A stretch of 63,645 bases of DNA, filler included, from Octopus bimaculoides (lineage: Eukaryota): assembly GCF_001194135.2 (NCBI RefSeq). It is 7 parts of 5 records of this genome, joined end to end, with 100 filler letters (N's around TTAATTAATTAA, not from the genome) between each part and the next. Parts side by side here need not be neighbours in the genome. Positions count along the whole stretch, not along the records: positions 35,252 to 43,097 come from NC_068986.1; positions 43,198 to 44,561 come from NC_068985.1; positions 44,662 to 54,005 come from NC_068981.1; 4 more parts are not named here. The stretch is one strand, 5' to 3'. The translations under genes and the position numbers were made by a program. A model generated the notes under the pieces. It worked only from the letters and a program-made list of their open reading frames with translations, was not told the origin of the DNA and ran no database searches. Below are positions 37,292 through 48,870 of this stretch, piece after piece; positions within the stretch are counted from its first letter, which is position 1, and each line of letters starts with the position of its first letter.

Positions 37292-38037
37292 ATTTTGACA
37301 CTGAAGTTGAAGTGTAAGTCGGAAATTTTAAAATAAATTTGGAAGTTGAATAAAATTTGATATAAAATATAATCGTTCATAAATTTTCTTACAACACGGC
37401 CAATCCTGCGCCTATATTTATTTATTTACATCTATATACAATCATCTTTTATTAAAAACTTTCTATATCATTTATCATATCCTATATAATGTATCCTATT
37501 TATTATATTTATTCTGTCCCATCTCAATTTGCCTCACCTCAAAGTATATGGAAATACGAAAGAATGCAAACGAAAAATGCATAACTCAACGTAAGTGCAA
37601 ACAGCCTGACTTATCTCCCTTGCGACACCCTTTTAAATCGTTTTTCAGTTAATGCCTTTATTTCCTTCTATAATTTTAATCCATGTAAGAGTGACCTCCC
37701 TTAAATTTACATTGATTCCTCACCAACATGTGACGTCATAACCAACATGATTTTCATATTGCGTCAATACAAGATTTGTACCGGTCCATTAGGAGATCAG
37801 ATTCCACGTACAACAAGCTTTGTTGTCAAACATCTCTAACTAGAACACCACCCTGTGGCTACAAGCATGAAATATAGGGGACACTAAAAAGCGTTCTTTT
37901 CAATTGGCCGAATCAAATAAATTGTGTGTGTGTGTGTGTGTCTGTTTATCTATCTATCTATCTATCTCTGTCTGTATCTCCACATCTTTCTCTGTCTCTG
38001 TTGCCCTGTCTTTGTGTCTCTCTCCCTTTCGTTCTCA

Positions 38038-38104
<67 letters not shown>

Positions 38105-38111
38105 CAGACAG

Positions 38112-38311
38112 ACAGTAAGACTGAACCCGGAACCATGTGGTTCGTAAGCAAGTTACTTACCATACAGCCGCTGGCAGAATCGTTAGCACGCCGGGCGAAA
38201 TGCTTAGCGATATTTCGTCTACCGCTACGTTCTGAGTTCAAATTCCGCCGAGGTCGACTTTGCCTTTCATCTTTTCGGAGTCGATAAATTAAGTACCAGT
38301 TTGCGTACTGG
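38112..38311. mobile_element. SINE family 1 head (minus) abutting a SINE family 2 copy (plus)
   Basis: ACTGAACCCGGAACCATGTGG...TTACCATACAGCC, then GCTGGCAGAATCGTTAGCACGCCGGGCGAAATG...AAGTACCAG. Confidence 0.8.
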
Positions 38312-38814
38312 NNNNNNNNNNNNNNNNNNNNNNNNNNNNNNNNNNNNNNNNNNNNNNNNNNNNNNNNNNNNNNNNNNNNNNNNNNNNNNNNNNNNNNNNN
38401 NNNNNNNNNNNNNNNNNNNNNNNNNNNNNNNNNNNNNNNNNNNNNNNNNNNNNNNNNNNNNNNNNNNNNNNNNNNNNNNNNNNNNNNNNNNNNNNNNNNN
38501 NNNNNNNNNNNNNNNNNNNNNNNNNNNNNNNNNNNNNNNNNNNNNNNNNNNNNNNNNNNNNNNNNNNNNNNNNNNNNNNNNNNNNNNNNNNNNNNNNNNN
38601 NNNNNNNNNNNNNNNNNNNNNNNNNNNNNNNNNNNNNNNNNNNNNNNNNNNNNNNNNNNNNNNNNNNNNNNNNNNNNNNNNNNNNNNNNNNNNNNNNNNN
38701 NNNNNNNNNNNNNNNNNNNNNNNNNNNNNNNNNNNNNNNNNNNNNNNNNNNNNNNNNNNNNNNNNNNNNNNNNNNNNNNNNNNNNNNNNNNNNNNNNNNN
38801 NNNNNNNNNNNNNN

Positions 38815-38884
38815 GTAACGGCAGACGAAATACCGCTAAGCATTTCGCCCGGCGCGCTAACGTTTCTGCCAGCTCGCCGCCTTT
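38815..38884 (-). mobile_element. SINE family 2 head
   Basis: GCAGACGAAATACCGCTAAGCATTTCGCCCGGCGCGCTAACGTTTCTGCCAGCTCGCCGCC. Confidence 0.85.
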
Positions 38885-39023
38885 CTATTCTGTTTTTGTG
38901 AACAGTTATCTCTTGATTTCCGTTCTTAGTGCGATATATTAAATATATTTTAATCTGCTTCTGTAGTTACATTACTGATTAGCTTTCCAAGGACTTCTTT
39001 TCATAGAGTTTACAACAACGACG

Positions 39024-39062
<39 letters not shown>

Positions 39063-39462
39063 TGTGTATGTATGTATGCATGTATGTATGCGTGAATGTG
39101 TGTACGTGGATAGGCGCGTTTTTGTTTTGTTTGTTTTCTTTTCGTGAATGCGCGAGTTGTTAAGTACGCTAAACAAATAGACTTTATAATTCACAATCTA
39201 TTAGACTAAATTTTGCAACCTAGAATGATAACAGTAACAACAACAGCCGCAGCAACACCACCACCACCACCGCCACCATACATTCTTTTATTCTTTTACT
39301 TGTTTCAGTCATTTGACTGCGGCCATGCTGGAGCATCACCTTAAAGGGTTATGGGGGTTAAAAGGTGTTAGAAAAAATTCTTTGTAAGCCTAGTACTTAT
39401 TCTTATTTCTTTATTGCCCGCAAGGGGCTAACATAATGGGGACAAACAAGAACTTTCATAAC

Positions 39463-39513
39463 TAGGCTAGCATGTCTACGTACTGGTGTCCAGTACGTGG
39501 ACATGCTAGCCTA
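39463..39513. other. Near-perfect 24-bp hairpin
   Basis: TAGGCTAGCATGTCTACGTACTGG-TGT-CCAGTACGTGGACATGCTAGCCTA; a single T.G wobble. Confidence 0.9.
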
Positions 39514-39692
39514 CCACTTGGGTTATCTCAGAAACGGCTGTAAGACTTCAAATTCACCTTACCCTAATTAAATTGTTCAAAATTACTTGAGGTACTCGTT
39601 CTGCCATCGTTTTGGCCCGTTTCTCTAATATATGTTGATTTCCAACGTGCATTTTCGCTTATTTTTTCTTTTTACTTTCCCCTTAGATTTCC

Positions 39693-42600
39693 ATGTGTAG
39701 TTTCTATTTTGCTTTTGTAACATATTTCTATTGTATTTCACTACACGTGAGATTGAAAATGCCACATACTCCAAACTCTACAGTTAAAACTCTCAACGAA
39801 GAGACTCTTAAGGAACTGAAAGAGATCAACACGAACTTGACACTTTTAATTAGCAAGATCGATGAACTCACTCGCTTTACACAAGAGGCAAAGAAAAAGA
39901 ATTGAATGAACAATCTCTAGAACAGCTCAATCAACATTTGTCCGAATTATGCACCACTCTTCATTCTTTACCTCATAATAATTACTTAAATGAAAATTCA
40001 CCTACAGATGATACACAAGATAGAACCCCCTCCACGCTTACACTATCAATTAAAAAACCGCATTATCCACATATGGAATGAAAAACTTAAAGCCAGAAAA
40101 TTTTCTTTCTGGAATATGATCAAAAACAACCACAAGGCAGAAATTTATGAACGCTGGTTAAATTCTACACCAATAATTTTGCCTCATAAATTCCAAAGTA
40201 AACGTATTCCAAACGAGCAAATTCCCTACAACGCTGAGAAAGACAAGCCAATTTCTTTATTAACTACGAAACACAGTTCAACATAGAAAACGCATCGGAT
40301 AACCCCTTCCTGAAGAAAAATAAACCAAAAACATACACAGAAATGACCCCACGCTTATCTAACACAAACGACACACGGTCTAGGGGACACAACTCCACCG
40401 ACCTAACCTCTCTTACACACCAAAATAACTTTCAAACAACACTCAGGAATTCAGCCCACAATAGAAAATCTGGATGTAATCCTCAAGGCATCCTACATAC
40501 AAATCAAAGGTTCCATCGAAACCTCCAGACTAACCTAAACTTTTGGGAACCAATACCTACCAATCCAACCCCATCATCTCAATAAATGGAAGAATTTACC
40601 TCCGAGACTTAACCCTCAACATGGTTACTTCAATCATTCAACAAGACACAACCTAACTAGACAACATAACTTCTCCCTCCACTCACATAACAATATCAAA
40701 AATAAATTTAACCCAAACCACATCAACCATAGACAATATAACAACCCTCAGGACAACCATAATCTAGTCCGCTACACAGTCACTCCACCACAAACATACT
40801 ACCACAGACACACTTTACACCCATTTTCTCCTCAGCAAACCAAACACAATACAGACTTTCCACAACAGTCATTCTACTACAACCATTTTTTTAGACCTAA
40901 ATCAAAGAAACAGAGATGTGAAATGGAACAAAATGTACATGAACAACCGAAAATAATCAACTTATCAAAAAAAAATCCTAAGTATTACACAAACTAAAAT
41001 TCTAGCAAGAGGTTTAAAGTTTACACCTTAATGTAAATGAATGGAAAGACCTAATCGAGTTAAAAAATGATATAAACCTCACCATTAAAGAAGCTGACAA
41101 AGGAAGTGCGGTAGTGGTGATAGACACAGAGTATTACAAAAAGTTAATACTCTCCATGTTGGGAAATGATATTTACAATGAGAAGATAGTACAATACAAC
41201 CCACAGAAGACACTTAAAAACTTATCCTCTTTACTTAGAATACATGGAAAGGGCCTCACTAAACATGAAATTGACTATTTATCCAATTTTAAATACAGAC
41301 CTAGTCTATTCTACAGATTACCTAAAATACACAAAAATCCACATATTTGTAAAGCTTGCAAAGTTTCTCCAAGCCTATGCATTAATGTTCCTCTCCCTAC
41401 TGACCTCCCCTACTGAGACCCATCATTGCTGGCCCTGCTTGTGAAACCCACCGTTTGAGTAACTTCCTCGACATCTTACTCAAACCGTTTCTAAAATATG
41501 TGAAAAGCTTCATCAGGGATGACTTAGACATGCTTAACCACCTCCCAAAGACAATAAATGAAGGAACCCTGTTAGTATCATTCGATGTGGTGAATTTGTA
41601 CACCAATATCCCACACGATTATAGTATAGAAGCGATCACCTGGCTAGAAAAATACCCAGAAGAGATCCCAGGACGCATCAACTACAGATTCATAATCGCA
41701 GCACTCAAATTCATCCTACTGAACAACTATTTCATATTCGATACAGTTTACTATCGACAAAAATGTGGAATTGCAATGGGAACACAAGCTGCTCCAATGA
41801 TTTTAAACCTTGTAATGGGTTACCTAGAGCTTAAAATATATCAATCATCACTACAAAAATATGGCACTTTTTTTCATTCCCATGGCTATTTAAAGGAGAA
41901 CTGGAAGAGATATTTGGACGATTGCTTTATACTTTGGAAAGACAGCATGGACAAACTCCTCGATTTCAAATTAATGCTTAACAATATTAATATCAACATA
42001 CAATTCACCATGGAGCACAGCAGTAAACAACTCCCTTTTCTTGACATCCTAATTAAAATAGTCAATAACCACATCGAAACAGACATCTTCTTTAAACCCA
42101 CAGATTCTAAACAATACCTATTATTCAACTCATGCCACCCCAAACACATAAAAATTAATATACCTTATAATCTAGCGAAAAGAATCTGTACCATAGTTTC
42201 GGACACCTATACTTGTGAACGAAGACTCCTTGAACTCAGATCAATACTAATCAAAAGACATTACCCAATATCATTAATAAATGATGGCATTAAACGAGCT
42301 AAGGAAATAGATATACGAACATTAAGGGAAGTCAACCGAAATACTAAACCAGACTTAAAAATACTCCCATACATCTCCACACATAACCCTAGAAACAACG
42401 AAGCCTTTAACATTATCATCTAAAATCTACCCATCCTCACAGGAAATAAAACAATGAACAAAATTATCAAAAGCAAAATGCAACCTAAATCATTGAAAAA
42501 ATTATTAACCAGTGCAAGACTGTATCCATTAACAACAGAACCAAAAGTGAAAAAATGTGGCCGACCTAACTGTGGTACATGCCCCTACCTTTTGGAGGGT

Positions 42601-42738
42601 TCAAATTTCCACTTTAAGCAAGGTGAAATATTTAAGATTAAATCAAATTTCACCTGTGCCTCGGAAAATCTAATCTATGCCATTACATGCTTAGGGTGTG
42701 GTAATAATTATACTGGCCAAACAAGAATATCACTCCTT
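39693..42738 (+). mobile_element. Penelope-like retroelement (Penelope/Poseidon type), decayed and 3'-truncated
   Basis: IKEADKGSAVVV, YRLPKIHK, LRPIIAG, LVSFDVVNLYTNIP, GIAMGTQAAP, RYLDDCF, LPFLDI, KPTDSKQYLLFNSCHP, then C..PNC..C and NLIYAITCLGCGNNYTGQT (GIY-YIG). Several stops and frameshifts. Confidence 0.93.
41455..42423 (+). pseudogene. Penelope RT core + thumb (open 322-codon segment)
   Basis: ORF track; YLDD catalytic motif. Frameshift near 41410 and stop at 42421 separate it from neighbouring domains. Confidence 0.9.
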
Positions 42739-42789
42739 TATATCTATGTATGTATATATATCTACATATATGTGTATGTATGCATGTCT

Positions 42790-43097
42790 GTAAAACTAGA
42801 GGTAGTCGATAGCTTCCGCTATCTGGGCGACCAAGTTAGTAGTGGGGGTGGGTGCGCTGAAAGTGTAGCTGCAAGAATAAGAATAGCCTGGGCAAAGTTT
42901 AGAGAGCTCTTACCCCTGCTGGCGACAAAGGGACTCTCACTCAGAGTAAAAGGCAGACTGTATGAGGCATGCGTACGAACAACCATGCTACATGGCAGTG
43001 AAACATGGGCTGTAACTGCTGAGGACATACGTAAGCTCGCAAGGAATGAAGCCAGTATGCTCCGTTGGATGTGTAATGTCAATGTGAATACCCGTCA
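42790..43097 (+). pseudogene. RTE-clade LINE, C-terminal RT fragment
   Basis: LEVVDSFRYLGDQVSSGGGCAESVAARIRIAWAKFRELLPLL...KGRLYEACVRTTMLHGSETW...NEASMLRWMC. Confidence 0.9.
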
Positions 43098-43197
43098 NNN
43101 NNNNNNNNNNNNNNNNNNNNNNNNNNNNNNNNNNNNNNNNNTTAATTAATTAANNNNNNNNNNNNNNNNNNNNNNNNNNNNNNNNNNNNNNNNNNNN

Positions 43198-43363
43198 ACT
43201 ACACTCACTGAGTGGTTGGCGTTAGGAAGGGCATCCAGCTGTAGAAACTCTGCCAAATTAGATTGGAGCCTGGTGTTGCCATCCGGTTTCACCAGTCCTC
43301 AGTCAAATCGTCCAACCCATGCTAGCATGGAAAGCGGACGTTAAACGATGATGATGATGATGA

Positions 43364-43367
<4 letters not shown>
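43198..43367 (+). mobile_element. RTE-type 3' UTR with (GAT)n tail
   Basis: GGCGTTAGGAAGGGCATCCAGCTGTAGAAAC...CCCATGCTAGCATGGAAAGCGGACGTTAAACGATGATGATG. An inverted partial copy lies at ~43630-43745. Confidence 0.75.
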
Positions 43368-43395
<28 letters not shown>

Positions 43396-43767
43396 CTGAG
43401 TGTGTCTGTGTTTGTGCATATACAACTATTGTAGTAAAATCGGAACTCATGACTTTGTGGGTCAAAACTTGGGCATCTTATCTTGACAGATAATGCATCT
43501 CTGAATAATTGAAGTTAAGTAAAATATGTTACGCCCCTAAATGGCTAGACTAGTTTATCTTCTGCTTGCTTCCAGTACTGTGAATAAAGCCATGGAAAAT
43601 TAGGAGGTTACAAGAACATTTCTGTTTCTTATTATCATCATCTTTGTTTTAACATCCACGTCTCCATACTTCCATGGGTCAGACGGAACTGAAGCAGGTG
43701 TCTTACGGCTGGATGCCCTTCCTGTAACCAACTCTAACTTGCCTTCAAATAAGGTAATGTTCCCTTA

Positions 43768-43955
43768 TTATTCTTTTACTCGTTTCAGTTATTTGACTGC
43801 AGCCATGCTGGAGCACCGCCTGCAGTCAAACAAATCAACCCCAGGACTTATTCTTTATAAGCCTGGTGCTTCTTTTATTGGTCTCTTTTGCTGAACTGCT
43901 AGGTTACGGGGAGGTAAACACACCAACATCGGTTGTCAAGTGACGTGGGGGGATA
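43768..43955 (-). mobile_element. SINE family 1, 3' half
   Basis: TTTCAGTTATTTGACTGCAGCCATGCTGGAGCACCGCC...GGTTACGGGGAGGTAAACACACCAACATCGGTTGTCAAG. Confidence 0.85.
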
Positions 43956-43994
43956 GGCTTGCACACACACCTTTCTCCAACAAGATAAAACTCA

Positions 43995-44101
43995 CTGAAT
44001 GAAGTAATTTTATAAGACCGCATCATATGACTTCGAAATTTAACCTAATTGGTTAAATTTTGAAGTCATATGAGAGGGTCTTATCAAATTACTTCATTCA
44101 G
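43995..44101. other. ~107-nt hairpin with ~50-bp arms
   Basis: CTGAATGAAGTAATTTTATAAGACCGCATCATATGACTTCGAAATTTAACC-TAATT-GGTTAAATTTTGAAGTCATATGAGAGGGTCTTATCAAATTACTTCATTCAG. Confidence 0.92.
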
Positions 44102-44214
44102 CCTTTCAACACATGGCTATGACGCTCCCCAACTACTTCTGCTCATGATCAGAGATACACATATCGTCGGCCATTATTATTATTACCATCATCATTATTA
44201 TTATTATTATTATC

Positions 44215-44505
44215 ATTCAGTAGTTTTGTTTTTATAACATGCTTTCACTTCACTACCGAGCGCAGCTCTGTGTACCTTGGGTATGTGCTGTGGTTTGCTG
44301 TGATGCTCTTATGGTTACTGTGTTGAAAGTGTTTTGCGTAGGATGTGTGCAGTGCCCAGTAGTGCAATTTTCTGTATGTTATATATATTTGTAAGTCCTG
44401 GTGTTTTTGTTCTGTATTTGTCTGAATATTGTTTTATTATACCTAAGGCACCTACTATGATAGGAATTGTTTCTGTTTTTAGATTTATGATAGGAATTGT
44501 TTCTG
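44215..44505 (-). mobile_element. R4/Dong-like 3' end (same family as 15806 and 55330)
   Basis: Reverse complement gives ETIPIIVGALGIIKQYSDKYRTKTPGLTNIYNIQKIALLGTAHILR plus the 3' UTR seen at 55700-55810. (ATT)n on both sides. Confidence 0.88.
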
Positions 44506-44555
<50 letters not shown>

Positions 44556-45159
44556 ACGTGCNNNNNNNNNNNNNNNNNNNNNNNNNNNNNNNNNNNNNNN
44601 NNNNNTTAATTAATTAANNNNNNNNNNNNNNNNNNNNNNNNNNNNNNNNNNNNNNNNNNNNGTCCACCACACGCATTCTTTTGCCATAGCTATCAGTGTT
44701 ACAAAAACCGTTTTTCCTTCCCGTTTAAAGGAAGGTGGCGGAACAATATTCACGATAGACTCGGCTGATAAGTGGGCTCGTCCCACACGCGACAACAGCC
44801 GTTCGACGAAGGTCCACAGCTCTTAGATAGTTAGATAGATAGGTAGATAGATAGATAGATAGATAGGTAACTTTCTTTTATTAGCCACACAGGGCTGCAC
44901 ACAGAGGGGACAAATACAACTGTAGAGCGTTTCTTTAAAATTAAAAAAATAAAAGTTAAAATAAAAATTAACAAATCCGATCAAAAGGGATCGGTAGGGG
45001 CAAAAAGAAAAAAGAAACAAAAGGAAAAAAAAAGATAGACGGGTAGATTAAACGAATGGAACAAAACTTTGAAAGTTCTTTTTTTTTTAATAAGAATTCC
45101 ATATGTTTATAATTATTAAGAAACGCGAGAAAGAATGAAGTTAAGGTGAACGAAGGATG

Positions 45160-45370
45160 AAAGGAATCATATGAATGTATTTAGGAAAAAGAAAAACAAT
45201 CATTATAGCAAGATATGTAAAAATGAAAGTGAGGTATTGAAAATTAAGGGAAGGAAAATATCAGACGTAGAAGCAAAGAAAAGGAGAAAGTAATTAGAAA
45301 GGAAAAAATTAAGAAAGAAAAGGGAAAGCGAAAGTAGGAGGAAGGGAAGTGAATAATACAAAGGAATTAT

Positions 45371-45405
<35 letters not shown>

Positions 45406-45621
45406 AAAAGAGAGAGAGATAAAGAAAGAAAGAGAGAGAGAAAGAAAGAAAGAAACAAACAAACAAAAAATACTCCAGAAAGAAAAATAGAATTAATGAA
45501 TAAATAAAAAACAATAGAATTAATACAAAAAAGAAGAAAGAAATAAAGAAACAAAGACAGAAAGAAAGAAATACTCCAGAAGGAGAAAAGAATTAATAAA
45601 TTAATTAAAAACAATATAATT

Positions 45622-45669
<48 letters not shown>

Positions 45670-45696
45670 AANNNNNNNNNNAGAAAGAAACAAATA

Positions 45697-45732
<36 letters not shown>

Positions 45733-46151
45733 AACTATGTCAGGAAGATGGGGAATATCTGAAGTAAACATAAAAGAGGATGAAAGATGAAAAAGCAACG
45801 AAAGAAAGAAATATTGACGGACACAAAAAACAACGAATGAATTAATTAACGAATGAGTGAATGAAACGAAAAACAGAGTTAATATAAAGACGGAGTAAAA
45901 GGAAATAAATAAATGAAGTAAGACATAGGGATGAAAGAAGAAAAAGAAAGTGTAACAAAAGAATGAAAGCAAGAAGGAAGGAAGGACTGAAGAAAGAAAA
46001 AATTGAAATACGCCAGAGAGAAAGAAAGAAAGAAAAAGATGGGTAAAGAATGAAAGAAAGGATGGAAACAGGTCAACGAAATGAAAGAGAAATAAAAAAA
46101 GGAACATGAAAGAAAATGTGAACGAGGAAAATTTGGTTGAAAGAAATAAAA

Positions 46152-46187
<36 letters not shown>

Positions 46188-46195
46188 AATAATTA

Positions 46196-46231
<36 letters not shown>

Positions 46232-46260
46232 AAACGATAGCAATTTGGAAAGTACAAGGA
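45160..46260. repeat. Purine-rich (GAAA)n-derived low-complexity tract
   Basis: Direct reading. Confidence 0.9.
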
Positions 46261-46934
46261 TGGAAAAGGTGAGTGAATGAAGACGAGCTCTGAAAGCCTA
46301 TGTTTCAGACTGACTACTGATTAACATGGCCGACTAATTACCACCTTTGACTGCTGCCACTGCTGCTGCTGCTGCTGCTGCTGCTACAACATACACACTT
46401 TCTGCTGAATAGTTCTTTTAATAATATCTCTGAGGGTTTTGTGTTTTGTGTGTGCGTGCGGGCTTTTTTAATAGGCATACTGATGGATATAGTAGTAAAA
46501 TAGATGCTTATGTTGTTGTTGTTGCAGTTGTTGTCGATGATGTTGTCGCTGCAGTTGTTGTTGTTGTTTTTAGTGGTTGTAGTGGTGATAGTAGTTTTGT
46601 TGTTTAGCTTCAAGTAGGCCTTTGACAGAGTAGACTTTTGATATCAAAGGCGCTCCAGTCTTGAGTAGCCTACATTTTTGTACGTCTGAAACTGCTTTGT
46701 TAAACCTCAAGTAACCACCCTAAATAATGACGATAACGTTCGGTTTGATCGAATTTTGGCCTTGTATTAGGGTCTGCAATGTCTTCCACCCTAAATATGG
46801 AAGATAACGTGCAGTTTCATAAAGCTTTGGCTGTTTGGTTGAGCAAATCGAGAAAACTCATTAATGCTTTGATGTTGCTGTGGCCTAATGATTTGGGTGT
46901 TATGTTTATGATTATAACATTGTAGGTTCCCATT

Positions 46935-47146
46935 ATTTGTTTCAAGTTTTGGCACAAGGTCCACAATTTTGTGAGAGGGGTATGTCGATTAAATCGACCC
47001 CAGTGCTCAACTGGTACACTCACTTTATCGACCCCGAAAGGATGAAAGGCAAAAGTCGACCTCGGCGGAATTTGAATTCAGAACTTAAACAAAATGCTAA
47101 GTGGCATTTCGTCCGGCGTGCAAACGATTCTGCCAGCTCACCACCT
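46935..47146 (-). mobile_element. SINE family 2 with alternative 3' tail
   Basis: GGCACAAGG...GAGGGG..GTCGATTAAATCGACCCCAG...GAAAGGATGAAAGGCAAAAGTCGACCTCGGCGGAATTTG...CTGCCAGCTCACCACC. Confidence 0.85.
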
Positions 47147-47977
47147 TTCTGTAGGTTCCATTGTTGGAACAGGAAATGTGATGCGTTCACATTACTCCAC
47201 TGCAATCGGCTGAAAATGAATAGCTACGAAATGAATACCTACCTACTAAGGGCCGGTGAACTGGAAGTATGACTTTGTCTGCTAAAGACTACATGGGTAA
47301 CTAAAAGAATTGGTAAAAGCGTGGTGTGTGCTACTAAGTTATAGTTCTGTTTACCGAAAAGTCGAAGGAGCTACAATTTGTCCTTGAAAGAGGAGCTAGA
47401 AGAAATACCGACTGATGTGTGACAAGATGTGTGCTCTACCGACCAACTCAGGGCATATGGCCTTAAATTCCATGAGTGAGACGTACGAGGTAGATATGGT
47501 TCCATGCACAAGCTGGTGTTACAGAATATGCGAATGAAAAAGAAATCAAGGATCGTGACCAGAGAGATTGATACTAATGTAGCAGCTTATCGTCATCATT
47601 TTGATAAAATCCAAACAGAGAATATGCGCGTTAGATTCCTCTCCAAAAGAAGAAAATGGAATGAAAAAAGATGGTAGCAGACAACAGCAGATGCAGCAAT
47701 AGCAGCAACAAGTCCTAGTGTTGAAACCGCTACCATTTTGTTCAAATCACACCAGATTGAAAATACGAAAATGAACGGAGCGGAGAAAACTAACAGCTTC
47801 AAATTCAATGCCATTGGATGTGATGTAACCCAGGTTACGTTATTTTATATGTGTTTTAACCCTTACATAAGGAAAGGGTTGTATGAATCCAATATCCAAA
47901 ACCAAAGAAGTATCTCTTTTTCTTAATGATAATTTTTATACTTATATCACGTTGAATATGTATAGAAATTTTAAAAA

Positions 47978-48212
47978 AAGGCGGCGAGCTGGCAGAAACG
48001 TTAGCACGCTGGGCGAAATGCTTAGCGGTATTTCGTCTGCCGCTACGTTCTGAGTTCAAATTCCGCCGAGGTCGACTTTGCCTTTCATCCTTTCGGGGTC
48101 GATAAATTAAGTACCAGTTGCACTGGGGTCGATGTAGTCGACTTAATCCCTTTGTCTGTCCTTGTTTGTCCCCTCTATGTTTAGCCCCTTGTGGGCAATA
48201 AAGAAATAAGAA
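47978..48212 (+). mobile_element. SINE family 2, full length
   Basis: AAGGCGGCGAGCTGGCAGAAACGTTAGC head, B-box-like GAGTTCAAATTCC, core GCCTTTCATCCTTTCGGGGTCGATAAATTAAGTACCAG. Possible TSD AGAAA(T/C)TTTAA (47964-47974 / 48209-48219). Confidence 0.9.
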
Positions 48213-48524
48213 ACTTTAATAATTTTGTGTCCCTCCCACGTGTTGTAAAATATTCACTTTCTTTCGATAATGCTCGTATTCATGTACAAATTTTGAAACA
48301 TCAGTTGATTTCCGCTGTTCTCTAATGAAACATCAATTGGAGATGTCCACTGCTTAAGTGTTAAACATGATAAAGAGAATTACGAAGGATATTTGGATGG
48401 CATTTAAATACGTCACCACGTAGACTGTTCCTTTTTGACATGTATGTTTCAAGGTTTTGTTATTGTCATCATTGTCATCTTTGCTATTATTGTATTGTTT
48501 GTCTTAATTCGCGTCGTTTCCATT

Positions 48525-48559
<35 letters not shown>

Positions 48560-48580
<21 letters not shown>

Positions 48581-48870
48581 CATCATCGTCAGTTGTTGTC
48601 ATCGTTGTCATAGCTTCAACCTTTCCGTCGTTGACATTGTCACAACTGCTGTCATCTTGGCTTTCGTTGTCATCGTTGTATCGGTTGACATAATTAACAT
48701 TGTTTTCATAGATTTCATTGTTTCTTTTGTTTCTTTTGTTGACATTGTCATCGTTGACATTGCCGCAATCGTAGTCATCTTTTGTTGACATTGTCATCGT
48801 TGACATTGCCGCAATCGTAGTCATCTTCGCTTTTATTGTCATCGTTGTGAACATTGCCATTGTTAATGAA
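48560..48870. repeat. Degenerate GTT/GTC/ATC triplet repeat with a ~46-bp tandem duplication
   Basis: TTTTGTTGACATTGTCATCGTTGACATTGCCGCAATCGTAGTCATC occurs twice. Confidence 0.8.

Noticed and set aside
45203-46257. Phe/Leu/Ser-rich 'membrane protein' ORFs on the minus strand
   Set aside because: They are the reverse complement of a (GAAA)n tract; the same applies to 30839-31300 on the plus strand.
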